A stretch of 53,941 nucleotides of DNA, filler included, from Sphacelaria rigidula (taxonomy: Eukaryota): NCBI GenBank assembly GCA_964200075.2. It is 4 parts of 4 records of this genome, joined end to end, with 100 filler letters (N's around TTAATTAATTAA, not from the genome) between each part and the next. Parts side by side here need not be neighbours in the genome. Positions count along the whole stretch, not along the records: positions 40,535 to 53,941 come from CAXNAA020002899.1; 3 more parts are not named here. One strand, 5' to 3'. Every line of letters begins with the position of its first letter. Position 1 is the stretch's first letter. The notes under the pieces are model-generated. The model ran no database searches. It saw only the letters and a list, made by a program, of their open reading frames with translations, and was not told the origin of the DNA. Both the position numbers and the translations under genes were made by a program. Below, one piece after another: positions 51,704-53,941 of the stretch.

Positions 51704-53941
51704 CTAACCACGAGTAAATAACAGGCTTCGAATGTTTCAATTTAGGAGGAGCGTGTGCGATGGGGCAGGGGGCGGGGGGAGGGGTGCTTGCAGTACATGG
51801 TGAAGGAGAAACACGTGTGTGTGGGGGGGGGGGGTACTCGTGATCATGCATGCCATAGTCATAGGACCNNNNNNNNNNGCGAGTCGCATGAAGGGTGAGC
51901 TGCATCCTGCTAAGATTGTTCGCCCCGAAGCCTACTGATTATCTTGCATATAAATGACAGTCTACAATGAATTGCTTGAATTTTTGGTGTTGCCACTTCC
52001 AGATACAGCCACAGCTTACAAACTACTTCATGGGTGTCTCACCATTCAAACACCACGTGGTACGATCAGCCCCTTTGCGCGCACTTGAGGTTCTCCCACG
52101 CCGCACAATATGATCTAGCGTGACCACCATCATGGTAACCGCAAAAAAAACGCAAGCGCGCAAACAAAATCGGTAACCTGGTCGCCTAGCTTACGCAGTT
52201 AATAGCGTGTTCTACAGCGTCATCGCCAACCGACGCCAACCCCATAAAGGGTCCCGGAGGGAGATAACAAATGAAAGCTCTTGACACAAGTCAGGGCATC
52301 GCTTATATCCTCCTAGCCGGTGCTACGTGATGCGCCATACGTTGGGGAGGGTCCCGCTGATGGCGGCGGTGGCAGTGGCAATCTACGGTGACGCCGTACT
52401 ACCTACCATGCGCGAGCACTACGGTTGCACTCACACGACAAAGAAGACAAAACGAAAATAGAGAAAACTGCTTCGTTTTCAAATGCGGTTGTCCAGCAAT
52501 GAGAATATATATATGTATATATACATATATATATATATCCTGTGATTGACGTGCAGGGGTGAGAAACATGGTTCGCTCTGGCTCACCTCCGCGATGACCG
52601 CAACCTCGAACTCCAGCGTATCCGGTGGACCAGCAAAATAACGTTGGCTATGCAATGGTAACCCCCCGACCACAGCGAAGTGCCTACCGATGTAAAGCAT
52701 CATCAAGCACGCGTGAGGCGAGACACAGGAACAGAAGTTCCGGGTGGTGGTTGATGAATAGCCAGCCCAAACAGACCGAGTGATGTGTTTCGACTGTCAT
52801 ATGCGTAATTGACTGCTGTTTTCTTTCTTTTTTCCATGTGGTGTGGGGGCTCTCCCAAGGTAAAAACGTTTGCGGATGCGCCGCATGCACACGGGTAAAA
52901 GACGTACCAAATGAAAATAGGAGAAAAAAGAAATGTCCTGATTAGACAATGCTTCATGGTTTGACGTAATTCCAGAGGAACGGCACGCAGACAATGCGCG
53001 ACAGCAAACTAGTCTGGGAGATTTCGAAGGATCAAATCGGCTGATCACATCATCGCCTGACCGACAACAAGCGCATGTACGTGGAAACGACGAGCAACCC
53101 CGGTGAGCACTCGAGGTCACACGACAGATTCAACATGCCAACAAGACTGATGGGCTATGTCACACTCATTGGCCCGCAACAAGTCTAGACGTCGTGATGG
53201 GACAAATGTTCATGAGGGGGGAAAGTGCAGGCACTCCGATTAACGAAGAACAGCCGGGAAAAAAAGCAACGTGAATCTGACGAGAGACGCCGGACGAGGA
53301 GCGGCCCCGAGAGAGATCCTGGCAAGCCCCTGGTAGGGCTCCCGATAGGAGGTCGTACCGGAAGCAAGGCCCCGCGGGCTACGACTGAGCATTCCGGAGA
53401 TGCCAGCTTTCGGAGATGACAGCTTCAGGCAGATTTTTTCCACAACTATTATGCCTGAAAATAACACAAAGGCGCAATGACTAATCTAGCACACGCGCGG
53501 CAACACCACAAGAAAAAGACACGAAAAGGCAGGGGAGCTGCAGCCATGCGCCAAGAACGGAAGGTAACAATTGAGAGGGCCAGAGATGGTAAAATGTTTC
53601 GTGTATTCCCCCCCCCGTTGGAATGGTCTGGTCTGATGACTATGGCATGCATGATCATGAGTACACCCCCGGTTGGACTGGGGTTGGCATCGGTTGACGA
53701 TGACGCTATAAAACATGCCACTCACTACGGAAGCTAGGCAATCAGGTTGCCGATTTTTTTTTGCGCGCTTGCGTTTTTTTTTGCGGTAACCATGATGGTA
53801 GTCAAGCTAGATCATATCGTGCGGGGTGGGAGAACCTCAACTCCGGACAATGGGGATGATCGTACCACGTAGTGTTTGAATGGTGAGACACCCATGAGGC
53901 GGTGTATAAGCTATGGCTGTCTTGGGAAGTGGCGATACCAG

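Noticed and set aside
52300..53600. 5' exons of the TMEM8-like gene (e.g. RYFAGPPDTLEFEVAVIAE near 52586-52645)
   Set aside because: Plausible, but I could not find a phase-consistent chain to the 51703 acceptor, so they are left out of the model.

Overview
Intron-rich eukaryotic genomic DNA, most likely a stramenopile alga with a complex plastid (brown-alga-like; inferred from a bipartite signal peptide + ASS/F plastid-targeting presequence, long GT-AG introns and TTAGGG-like motifs). The window is not one locus. It is four unrelated contigs (1-13413, 13514-26924, 27025-40434, 40535-53941; lengths 13413, 13411, 13410 and 13407) joined by artificial N44-TTAATTAATTAA-N44 spacers. Each contig carries part of one spliced gene: plastid protoporphyrinogen oxidase (5' exons, +), a glyoxylate/succinic-semialdehyde reductase-like 3-hydroxyacid dehydrogenase (internal exons, -), a Bfr1-like coiled-coil/RNA-associated protein (3' exons, +), and a TMEM8/PGAP6 (CREST superfamily) EGF + multi-pass membrane protein (-). 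Introns and intergenic DNA are dense with non-autonomous elements: MITEs, foldbacks, piggyBac-like TTAA insertions, two tRNA-derived SINE families, minisatellites and a decayed gag. Most short ORFs in the track are noise. I found no convincing new multi-gene system. The most unusual structures are a nested foldback/MITE/minisatellite stack with a 107-bp flanking duplication (36763-39217), a circularly permuted ~500-bp repeat family, and MITEs carrying telomere-like repeats.
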